Source: Cirrosporium novae-zelandiae
Taxonomy: Eukaryota
Assembly: GCA_026023565.1 (NCBI GenBank)
Contig: JAPETS010000007.1
Location: forward strand, 682,001-746,000
Length of the DNA stretch: 64,000 nucleotides
Direction: 5' to 3'
The position numbers and the translations under genes were made by a program. The first letter of the stretch is position 1; each line of letters begins with the position of its first letter. Shown here piece by piece: positions 53,907-64,000 of the stretch. The notes beneath the pieces were generated by a model that worked only from the letters and a program-made list of their open reading frames with translations, was not told the DNA's origin and did not search any database.

Positions 53907-54946
53907 CTGCGACTAACCCGAGGTATTTTCAAACGGGAGAGCCAGGCATGGGAGAGGGGGGGGGAGAGTCATTGGAGGGGACAGTGGGGAGCAGTGGAAG
54001 AATCAGCCATGAACTACGGCGCATCGGAACGGTCTCTAGAGTTAACCGAACCAATAAGAAGTATTCGGTGTTGGCGGAGCAAAGGGAAGGAGGATTCGGT
54101 CATGGTCCCTTGTCTCTTAAAAAAAATGGGTTTTGACCTGCAGACCAGTTTCAATTTTCAAGCAATTCCTAAACAAGGAACTCCCAGAACTCCCAAGATT
54201 CTTACTTGTGATTTTCTGACCTGCAGACCACTTTTAGTAGGGTAACATAGGGCAATTATAGGGCAACTCTAGATCACTGAACAACATTAAGGTAAGCCCG
54301 CCTTTTCCATAAGTAGTTAGTGTCATTCATATTCATGCCCTTTCCTCCCTCGGCTCCTCAGGCTCCTCAGGCTCCTCTCAGGCTCCTCTCAGGCACTTCA
54401 CAACACATTCATTAATTATTGTTGATCATCAAAATCCTTCAAGACTATGGATAACTTAACTACTTTAATTGTTTTATATTTTTTACCATTTCCTTATCTA
54501 ATCATTGAACTACTCTCAAGTAAAGAAAAAAATAAATAAAAATTTGCTGACCCGTTTGGCATATTAACTACATAGTTAGATATTTTAACTACTTGCTAAC
54601 TAGGTATTTGATGTTATCTGTCCACGAATCTCCAAACACTCAGCCTCGTCAGCGCCTACCGCTTTCGTCGTCTTCCTGCCACTTTGTTATGCTTGAGCTG
54701 TTGCCAAAAATTTGCTGTGACGTTTAGCTTCCACTCTAAATAATTGGGAACTTCGCCTCAATTTCTTAAGATTCTTCATATTTATGAAGCAGTTCGCTTT
54801 ATTCCACTATTCCATTTATCTTCGCTAAGTGCTTCTGTAACTGCTAATTCACCATAGCCAAACTTCACTTTTCATCAACACCCAAACCTCAACAAAAAAA
54901 ACCTTTACTCCTGCTATTGTATTGAATCAATCATACAACCCCACCA

Positions 54947-56805
54947 ATGGTTGAAGCTCGTTCTCTTTCAACCCTTACCTCGTTGGCTTCCAATCCTCCA
55001 AGATATCCTAGGAATCCAACAGAGCCACATGAGAGCTTGACCCTGTACATAGCTCGGGTTCCTGGCAGTCGAGGTAAGATTTGCCAAGATTGAATAATAA
55101 TGATGATGATGATAGTGCTGATATGCGCGCAGATGTTTTTCTCAGCACCTTAAAGCCTCGTCAAAAAGTTGTGACGGCCGAAGATGTTCAAAACTCGTTC
55201 TATTTCCTTCACGTAAACACGGCCGAAGATGAGTCAATCTTGAAAAAGGCAGAAGAAACACACCCTCCTAGTCCTGTGAGACGTTCTCTCGATGGATACC
55301 ACATAGACCGCAAACCGATACCTCCTCCCAGAAGACCCGCTGCCAATGCTCAAAACCTGCCATTAAGCCCAGATAGGTCGACGAGTATCCGACGAAATGC
55401 TTCGACTGCAAGTGTCACACGAAAGCCAGTTGCAACTCGGCAAAATTTTGAAAGGCCTGTTCCAAAAGAGAATGTCCGACCTCAACCACCACTGTTCGGA
55501 CTACGTCCTCCTGGCCAGCCTCAGAGGGATGGTATAAGTCAGCCACAAAATATCAATACAAACGTGGATTCTAGGATAAGATGGGAAGGAGTGCACTCAA
55601 GCCCTTCTTCTCCAGCTTATTCCCCTGCTTTGCCACCCCGCCCAGGTCAACATTCAGATAACTCAGGATATTTTAATCCAGAAGGAGGAAACTCGTATTA
55701 TAGAAGAGACATGAATAATTCCGGTTCTAGGGGACCTCCACCTCTCACTGAAACAAGGGCAGATTCAAATGCGCCTGCTATCACGGCTCCCCGAGAAAGG
55801 AAGCCGAATTCAGATCGCGATGTCTCAATTACTTTGGTTCGCCGAGATCCTAGCTCAGGCAGTCAGTGGAACGTCGCACAGATATCGCTTGTGCAGGAAG
55901 CTGCAGATGATTATTTTGGTATCTCGGGTTCAAAACACCTTAGTCGTCCTATTTTCATTGAGATCTATAATCCTGGATATAGTAAATTTGCGAATGATCC
56001 ACCGCGATTATCAACCAACTCGAATCGGCCATCACTTCAAATCGATAGCCGTCAAAGCATTGACTCTACTAGGTCGACAAATACTTCTGGTACATTTTCC
56101 CGCCAAGTCGTCATGGAAGTCCCTGATTCCCAAGATCGTATTTTCGGTCACCGCAAAGCACTATCAACTGAAAGTACCTCATCACCTTATGACAGCCTCG
56201 ATAATCCCCAAATCCCATCCTCACACTCGCGCATGCCTTCTTTTGACCGATCACCTCTCCCTTCACCTTCCATGCCTAGGCCAAAATCAAGAGGATATGT
56301 CTTCCTTTCCCCTTGGCAAGGGCGCTGTGTCTTTTCTACGGGAATTGCAGGACGTTCACTAAAATGCAAACATCGACTGCCCCCAGCGGTTGCTGGAGGA
56401 ACAAATTCTCCTTCTGTTACTATCAGTGAACTACGATTTAATCTACCTAGCTCTAACCTTCTTGGTGGAAAGGCTGATTCTAAATCCCACCCCCGTGGTC
56501 GCCGTGGCCATCTCTCCCTTGACCTAAGTCGACGGCGAAGATCAGGCTCCACACCCGCGACCCTATTTCCAGCATCCAACAAGCGTGCCAATCGCTCTAG
56601 CCCAGGTTCAGAGTCTGAAGATGAAGACCTAAAACCTATGGATCTAAGCTTGGGACAAGAACACGCCGGTGGTGGAATGGGTGGCAAGAGAGCTAAGATG
56701 GGCAAGCTCATCATTGAAGATGAAGGACTGAAGATGTTGGACTTGACAGTTGCAGCTAACATGGGAGTTTGGTGGTGTGCTTGGGAGAGAGTCATGAGGG
56801 ATTGA
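54947..56805 (+). CDS. Conserved Pezizomycotina protein of unknown function
   Basis: MVEARSLSTLTSLASNPPRYPRNP...LYIARVPGSR spliced (intron ~55074-55132) to DVFLSTLKP...SFYFLH. Conserved-looking blocks ITLVRRDPSSGSQWNV, GYVFLSPWQGRCVFSTG..GRSLKCKH, SELRFNLP and DLSLGQEHAGGG.GGKRAKMGKLIIEDEGLKMLDL.VAANM.VWW. Confidence 0.85.
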
Positions 56806-58060
56806 ACAAAAGGACGGCTGAATCCCGAGATGGGATTACTATTGGTATAATTAATGGCTAGAACGAGAATTTAAAAACCTGCAATTTTAAGAGCTGGCTC
56901 GGGAACCAAACTTCAGGAAATCGCTGTCCAGAGGTGGAAACCAGAGTGATGTTACAGTATATGGATTTCAAAGGCGCCAGGACCCAGAAATTACCCGTTC
57001 ACGTTAGCGAGGCTTTCAGACGAGATGGAACCTTGCCTCAAATAAATTTCCAATGGAAATTGGCCTTCTCATTCGAAATGTTGAGGTCTCCAGATAAAAT
57101 GGGTGACTTGTTGATTTGTTTTACGGGCCTAAATACTAATTGCATGACGGACGAACGTAGCCTCGCTTCTCTGTTCTACCTGTGGTCTTCTCTATGCTCG
57201 AAGAAACTGCTTCATTAACTCGCTGTTAACCCATATGAATAAAATCCCGGTGAACTTGTGCAAGAGGCTGGTTGCATCTACTCTCATTGCGTCCGCAATC
57301 CAAGGGTGATGATAAACCTCCGCCCCATGATTCTCTATGAACTCAGAATCGACGATGATGAGCCGTCCAGTCCTCAATATAAATAGGAAAGTGGGTGAAA
57401 CAACAAGAATAACAACAACAGCAACTGAAACTAAGGACCCTCGACCTAACCTCTGCTTCAGGGAAGATCAAAAATTTAAAAAAATTGTGAGAGTGTCTTG
57501 CACGTTGGTACCGTTGTTGACAGGTATAATCTTGATTGAAACCCCAGAACTAGCTCAGGTTCCTTCTATATGAATGAGGGAGGGAGGGAAATATCTTGAT
57601 CTCCTAGTCTGAGTAGTAGTGGTAGTTTGTCGTCATAAAATGAAATCGTTTCAAGTGTTTTGGCTCTTGGATCCTTTGCACCTTTGGTTATATTTTGGGA
57701 AGGGGGGAGGGTTGTTAGGGAAATGATGGATATTAGGATAGGATAGGATAGGATTTAACTCCATCACCACAAGTACCGTCATGATAATGATAATGATATA
57801 TCATGTTTATTGTGTATGGCACATTCTCGAGACCCTCGTTCAGGGTGGGAAAAGGAGGAATATCAACGGGATCGGTCTGTCCGATGGTTTGATTTATATT
57901 TAGCATGTATGTTGTATGTTTGCTTTAACAGAATAAAATAAAATGAAATATTAGCTATTCATTTCTGTTATTATTAAAAAGTCGCCCCTATATATTCCCA
58001 TCTCATGCTATTACCCCCCCCCCCCCCAAAAACAATGTCCATACTAAAACCATGCTAGAC

Positions 58061-59403
58061 TTACAAACTCCCCTTCCCCTTCCCCTGCTCATTACCATCA
58101 CCACCCACACTCATATCAAGAACCTCCCACCCCTCCTCCGCATCCCCAGCTCTAGCCCTCCCAACCACCCCCTCCAGCTCCAGCTTCTCCAAGATCTGCC
58201 GAACCCCCCTCTCTGCCGCATCATGCAATGCAACTTCTACATCTTGATACACAGTCTCTACAATCTCCCTTGCTGTCATTCTTTCCCCCCTGCTCTCTTT
58301 TAACTTTTTCTTATCGTCTTTGTCGTTGGAGGAGGAGGAGGAGGGAAAAGAGGTGAAATTTCCCCGAAGTGTATTTAATACCTGGTCCTCTCGCTCTTGA
58401 CGATGCGTGATATACTCTTTGGCACGGGAGGCACCGTCGGGGATCATGGCACCGTGGGCGGGGTAGGCGGGGATGGGGATGGGGTGGTTAGTCGACAAGG
58501 AGGAGGAATAAGAGGTGAAGAGGTCATGGAGGTAGGAAAGAGAGTGGATGTAAGATTTTAGGGAGGAGAAAACGGCGGTTCCGTGGCCGAGGATTGTGTC
58601 GCCGGTGAAGATTGCGATGGGAGTTTCTTGGATTGTTGTTGTTTCTGCTAAGGGAATGTTGTTGGAGGAGGAGGAGTTATTAGGATTGGTGTTAGTGTTA
58701 GTGTTAGTGGGGGTGCTCAGCACGAAGCAGACGTGGTCGTCTGTGTGGCCTGGTGTTAGAATGGCACGCACGCTTAGCACGCCGGGAATATGCCATGTTT
58801 GGTTCTGGTGGATTGATTCGTAGGGGGCGATGTTATAGGTGCCTTGGTCGCCTTGTTCGGTGGAGTCGCTATTGCTGCTGCGGAGCTTATAGACTTTGAG
58901 AGAGGGATAGAGGGAGCGTAGGATTGGAACTCCGCCGATATGGTCGGCGTGGTGGTGTGTTAGCAGGAGAGTTATGTTTGTGGTTGCGGGTGGGGGAGGC
59001 AGGCACGAGGTTAGCCGCTTGAACCATGGGGCCCTGGCGTACTCGGATGTAGTGTCGATTAGGATATAATCGGATGAGTTGGGGGATCCTAGGAGGTAGG
59101 AGTTTGTGCCTGAATGGGATGATGTTGTTAGCTGTTTTTTTGTTGGGAGATAGGAAATGGGAGAGGGGTTGTGTGTGGTGTGATTACCTTGGAGGGTGAA
59201 CTGTTTTCTTGGTATGATATCAGGTTAGCTTAATGGATTTATTCCCTTTATGGAACCAACTCATTCAATTGAGGAGGGCATATTGCTGGGGCATGTTGTT
59301 ATATATATGTATGACGCACCTTTCCTGGATTTCCACCAAGGATCCTAGTGACAAAAGGGGTTATTTTCTCTATATCTGGAAGGGGAGGTAATTGAGACGA
59401 CAT
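58061..59403 (-). CDS. LACTB2-like metallo-beta-lactamase fold protein, 3 exons, ~381 aa
   Basis: RILGGNPGK|FTLQG|TNSYLLG (13-nt exon 59188-59200), THHHADHIGG metal motif, TPGHTDDH, FTGDTILGHGT, YPAHG, YITHRQERE and a C-terminal winged-helix-like region. 1146 nt in frame. Confidence 0.9.
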
Positions 59404-59695
59404 TTTTTTTATATGTCTTGCAAATGGACGCGATGCTTTTCTAGCATTAATCCTTTTTTTGCTATTGCATATTTTTTTTTGATGTTTATATTTGCTGATG
59501 GGAAACTGTAGCTTGTAGTACAAGCTGGTTGCTTTTGCGGGAGGGAGGGAGGGTGCCAAACCCGATAACGATTTTGATAAGCTTCCCTCTCAACCTTCCC
59601 GTCAACCTGTCTCAACTTTGTCGCATCTCTTCAATTAGATACCTTTATCATAGTGCTAGTTATTTTATGTATATATCTAGGATAAAAAACCCATC

Positions 59696-60661
59696 ATGCC
59701 TTCCACATCACCTCCCCTCTTCAACCAAGAAATTCACATGGTCGTTATCCCGGAGCCCATTCGCCTTTCCGGCGTTCTAACCCCCCCCCTCATTGCCGAA
59801 GCCGTAACCCACTTCCACCGCGATGGAATTGTAGTCCTCTCCAACGCGATTGACCCTTCTCACATTTCCATCCTGAATGCCGTCCTATCCCACGAAGCAC
59901 ACGAAATCGCCGACGACCCCTTCCACCACTTCAACTTCGGCACCCAAACCCGCAACATGGACCAAGCACCCCCAGTTCGCGCGGAGCTCATGTTCAAAGA
60001 CGTTTGGGCGAACCCGTTTGCCGCTGCCGTGCTAGCTGCGATGTTGGGACCCCGGCCCGTGATTCACTACGCGAATGGCAACACGGCGCTGAAGGCGGAA
60101 GCAGGTGGCAGGCAGCCCGTGCACAGCGATGTCGAGTTCGTGCATCCGACCTTCCCGTTTGCGGTCGTGGTTAATATCAGTCTTGTGGATGTGGGTTTCG
60201 AGAATGGGGCTACGGAGGTGTGGGTCGGGTCGCATCGGGGGAGTAGTGTAGAGCAGCATGTTGAAGATAGTCACGGGGGAAGGCTGCTGGAGATTAAAGA
60301 GGAGTTTTTGAGGGAGAGGAGGGCGCATTCGCCGCCTGTGAGGGCGTGTACGCGGAAGGGGAGTTTGGTGCTGAGGGATCTGAGGCTCTGGCATGCGGGA
60401 ATGCCGAATCGGACGGAGGAGCCTAGGGTTATGTTGGCGTTTGTCGCGCAGCCTGCTTGGTATCAGGGACGGTCCAAGGTGATTTTGCCGGAGAGTGTGA
60501 GGGAGTTAGTCGAGGGATGGGAGGAGGATTTTGGCTTTAGGGTACATTGGGTACAAGGGGAGGTGGATCATAAGAAGATTAGTAGTGAGGATGTGGATTT
60601 TGATACGGAGAATCAGGGGTTGCTGGGGCTGAGACATCTGATGCACTTGCCTGAGCATTGA
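59696..60661 (+). CDS. Fe(II)/2-oxoglutarate dioxygenase, PhyH family (KanJ-like), intronless
   Basis: FHRDGIVVL start, QPVHSD (HxD), VVNISLVD...ENGATEVWVGSH, KGSLVLRDLRLWHAGMPNRTEEPRVMLA (distal His and 2OG-binding Arg). Confidence 0.9.
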   Translation: MPSTSPPLFNQEIHMVVIPEPIRLSGVLTPPLIAEAVTHFHRDGIVVLSNAIDPSHISILNAVLSHEAHEIADDPFHHFNFGTQTRNMDQAPPVRAELMFKDVWANPFAAAVLAAMLGPRPVIHYANGNTALKAEAGGRQPVHSDVEFVHPTFPFAVVVNISLVDVGFENGATEVWVGSHRGSSVEQHVEDSHGGRLLEIKEEFLRERRAHSPPVRACTRKGSLVLRDLRLWHAGMPNRTEEPRVMLAFVAQPAWYQGRSKVILPESVRELVEGWEEDFGFRVHWVQGEVDHKKISSEDVDFDTENQGLLGLRHLMHLPEH

Positions 60662-60818
60662 ATGGGATGAATTTCTGTGGATTGGTATTATGATGGAATA
60701 TAGGGCTATTCTATCCGCCAATGACATCGCTACGAGACTCATCAAAACCTGCATATATTCGTCTAGCCCACCGGATTGGCGTCTTCCTCAGGCTGAGTAT
60801 CACTCCTTGTCCAACAAA

Positions 60819-62405
60819 TTACGCATCGACCACTTCATATTTGGCGAACTTCCTCGTTGGCACATTCCTCTCGAACATGATATCTAACTCCTCATACGTC
60901 CGATTCATCGTCTCGGGAACTCTGAAAAACGACCAGAGGAAACAAAACACGCCTAATCCACCAAAAAAGAAACCAACTTTCCCGCGCATGTTTGCCTCAT
61001 CCGGATTGATCATATACGGGATTGCCACCGTCATGACAATAGCCAGAAGGGCTTGAACTGCTGTCGCAACAGCAATGGTCTTCTCGCGTACTTTGGTTGC
61101 AGAGCATTCGCACAGTATAACGAAGCAAACGGGGCCGATGGAGAGGTCGTAGAAGAAATTCCAGAGGACCATCAGGGAGGATTGTCCCCAGATGACGCTG
61201 GGACGACTGGAGTAGTTCGGAACGCAATCAAGGATGCCGATTACCAACATTAGGACCACAAGCATGGCTAGACCACTATTGTACAAGGTGCGTCGTCCCA
61301 CGTAAAGCATCACAAACCAAGAAAGTATAGTTCCTAGGACACCAACAGCAAGATAACCAACACCCATGTCGAATGCTTTGTTTGTTGGAAGACCGGCAAG
61401 CTCAAAGAAATAGGTGTTGTATCCAACGAGGTAAATACCGCTGAGGACTTGGATGGAGTATACACCGACGCAAATTTCAGTTCGACGAAGGTTAAATTTG
61501 TTGAAGCAATCGCTATATTTGCTTCCAGATTGCATCTCATGTTCCAGACGATCGGTCTCAATAATCATGGCCAGAGTAGGTTTCACATCCACTTCTGATG
61601 ACGCCAGTCTTTTGAGCGAGTCTTCTGCCGCCTCCATCCTTCCTTTTCTGACAAGCCACCAGGGACTTTCTGGAGCAAAAGGAAGTCCGATGAAGATGAC
61701 CAGAGGCCAGAGCCATTGAACGGCGAATGGTGCACTGTAGGCCCAATGGTTGTCTAATTTTTGAGTTCCATTAATAATGGCATTCGCAATGAGTTGACCG
61801 GTAACGAAGCAGAAGTTCACATAGCCCGTAAGCATATGTCTCAGGGGCGTGGGACAAACTTCAGATGAGTAGGCTGGTGCAATGACCGTATAGGTCCCTA
61901 GAATCAAGCCTCCCAATAACTCTCCTACCAGCAAAACTTGAAGCGAACGTGCGAAAAATTGGATGAAGACGCAAGCTGCGGTTCCGGCCACACATACCGC
62001 AAATGTTTTCTTTCTACCATACCATTCCATGGGATATCCCGCGAATAATGCCCCTACTACTTGCCCGATGGGGTTCCCCATACTCAATCCCGTCTGCCAT
62101 GGAGCGCTAATGATATACTCGCCTTGATACTTATATCCAAAGTCCTTCTGGAACGCAGGCGTAGCGTAGAGATTGCCTAGCAGCTGGGGATCAAAGGCGC
62201 ACATGATGACGCCAAGGGAGAAGAAAAGCGACCAACCAATGGCGGTGGGGTAGAGCCGACATGCTTGGGGGAAGGTGAGTGTTTTTTCCTGGACAGTTGC
62301 TTGGAGGGCATCATTGCCAATTTCTTCCACGGCGCCGATTTTGAGATCTGCTTTGGGGGTTTCGACATCCCTGTCGGGAGCAGGGGAGGTTGTAGCTTCA
62401 CCCAT
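60819..62405 (-). CDS. MFS sugar porter, maltose/general alpha-glucoside permease subfamily, intronless
   Basis: About 12 TM helices; PAFQKDFG, ISAPWQTGL, YGRKKT, YSSEVCPTPLR, PESPWWLVRKGR, NLRRTEI, VGRRTLY and VPETMNRTYEELD.MFE sugar-porter signatures. First ATG at 62405. Confidence 0.92.
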   Translation of the reverse strand: MGEATTSPAPDRDVETPKADLKIGAVEEIGNDALQATVQEKTLTFPQACRLYPTAIGWSLFFSLGVIMCAFDPQLLGNLYATPAFQKDFGYKYQGEYIISAPWQTGLSMGNPIGQVVGALFAGYPMEWYGRKKTFAVCVAGTAACVFIQFFARSLQVLLVGELLGGLILGTYTVIAPAYSSEVCPTPLRHMLTGYVNFCFVTGQLIANAIINGTQKLDNHWAYSAPFAVQWLWPLVIFIGLPFAPESPWWLVRKGRMEAAEDSLKRLASSEVDVKPTLAMIIETDRLEHEMQSGSKYSDCFNKFNLRRTEICVGVYSIQVLSGIYLVGYNTYFFELAGLPTNKAFDMGVGYLAVGVLGTILSWFVMLYVGRRTLYNSGLAMLVVLMLVIGILDCVPNYSSRPSVIWGQSSLMVLWNFFYDLSIGPVCFVILCECSATKVREKTIAVATAVQALLAIVMTVAIPYMINPDEANMRGKVGFFFGGLGVFCFLWSFFRVPETMNRTYEELDIMFERNVPTRKFAKYEVVDA

Positions 62406-63221
62406 GATGAAAGGAAAGATAATTTTCCTTCTCAATTGAACTGAGAGTGACGAGGGTTATGAAAAACCAACTATGAGGAATATGAAGGAAACAACATTGG
62501 ATGGACGAGCGACAGCGGAGAGGTTAAAGCAGGATTTATCAATAGGAGGAAAACAGAAAGAGGATTAAGTAAGTATTAAATAAAATTATATGACTGGTAG
62601 GCAAGGAAATGGCTGATAAGGATAGCGGATAATATACGATATGCGGGGGTAGACTAAGGTGGCTTAAGATCGGTGGTGTGCCAAGTTTGGAAGCGTCTCT
62701 AGATGGGTTAAAGATAAGGAAATATTTAGGTAAAAGGTCATTGTTGAATACGACGTTGAAGAGATTTGAAAATATGACTTTGATATCGGAGAGGATATCC
62801 AGATGAGATATATAGATACAGTAATAATGATGCTATTGGGCTGTTGGAAGCTTCAAGTTAAGCTTTTGCCCACAGTGATCTTGAAAACGCCTCAAGTCTA
62901 TCCCCGCTGAAACCTCCAAGTCGACGATTGAGGTGTCACATGTATGTCATATCTCTCTAGAACATAACGCGTTCCTGGCACTTCGAGAATTCAATTCTCT
63001 AATAGATAGCTCAAAGGTCAGTTGGTTTGGTTATTGATTTATATTTGGCAATTAATAAATAATTCGACATCATCATAATATTGAGACTATATATATACAT
63101 ACACACATTTAACTCATGTTGCAGGTTCCCCCAAGTATATAAGTAGGTTATAAGCTATCCTTATTTATACCCCATCCTCAAAGAACCATCGCCCTATCTT
63201 TCCATCCTTTTTTGTCTTCTC

Positions 63222-64000
63222 TCAAACAACACTTCCCCCCGAATTATCCTGCCTAGGCTCAGCCGCAGCTTCAAAGATCCCACTCGCAAGTTTTCGGATA
63301 GCGAAAATATCACTCGATGCCTCCTCAACCCAGGTGATATTATGACCAAGAGCCGTCAAGTATGCGGCGGTCCCATTGTCGTATGCCCACTCTAGCTGCA
63401 TCCTGTTTGGAATGAGTTGGTCATGGAATCTTGGCTCTGCGAGCGCTTCGGCCGTAGTCATGTTTCTGTCAAGAACATTCCAAAGCGATTGGATTGTCGC
63501 TGTAATGATACGCGAGCCACCTGCACCAGCAGCAACGAAGTAGAAGTCTGAAGTGTTGAGGTGTTCGACGATGACTGGGGAAATGGAAGAGAGGGGGCGT
63601 TTGAAGGGGCGGATGTAGTTGATCTCAGTGGCAACATAACCATACGTGTTGGATTCGCCGGGAATGGAGAAATCGTTCATTTCGTTGTTCATAATGACGC
63701 CAGTTTCCGGGACCATAACGCGTGACCCAAAGAGAGTGTTTACGGTTGTGGTGAGACTGATTGAGAGGCCCGTAGAGTCTGTTGCAGAAATGCCTGATGT
63801 GCCATGGCTTTTGGAAATGTTAGCTTGGATTAGAAGGGGCATTGAAAGTGAAGCTTACGTTTGCGGTGTTATTAGGCCGTCTGGGTCATATGCAGACGTA
63901 TTTAATGTGTGATAATTGGATATCTTGGCCCTGGTAGCGGCAGCAGTCGTCTCGTTGATCATTTCGTGCTGATATACATCCATTCCTGACGCGAAGTATG
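63222..64000 (-). CDS. Gamma-glutamyltranspeptidase, 3' part (5' end outside the window)
   Basis: TPQT|HGTS (catalytic Thr, intron 63808-63858), SLTTTVNTLFGS, GVIMNNEMNDFS.PG, N.IRPFKRPLSSISP, GAGGSRI, PRFHDQL, AAAEPR. Confidence 0.93.

Noticed and set aside
57192..57430. Box C-like TGATGA motifs with a later CTGA, and a 61-aa minus-strand ORF
   Set aside because: No terminal stem or recognisable rRNA guide; the ORF starts at TTG and has no known motif.

Overview
Eukaryotic DNA from a filamentous ascomycete (Pezizomycotina, Eurotiomycetes-like by protein sequence), with short GT-AG introns, CTAAC/CTGAC branch sites and microsatellite-rich intergenic DNA. I can support 19 protein-coding genes: a Ytp1-like membrane protein, EFM5 (six short exons, missed by the ORF track), GAA1, RPN9, complex I 39/40-kDa subunit, aldose 1-epimerase, a short Fcr1-like Zn2Cys6 factor (needs a GC-AG intron), UBP2, complex I 21.3-kDa subunit, tubulin cofactor C, HPC2, RBA50, aconitase, a conserved hypothetical protein, a LACTB2-like metallo-beta-lactamase, a PhyH/KanJ-like dioxygenase, an alpha-glucoside-type MFS permease and the 3' part of a gamma-glutamyltranspeptidase. 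There are four tRNA genes in two pairs: Ser-UGA with Glu-UUC, and initiator Met with Ser-GCU. Most of the window is housekeeping. The best candidate for an undescribed system is the intronless dioxygenase plus sugar permease module at about 58-62.5 kb, with clustered GATA sites in its promoters; it may take up and oxidatively deaminate or deglycosylate an (amino)glycoside. All product calls come from motif recognition by eye; no database searches were run. I found no intact transposon, rRNA or CRISPR array.
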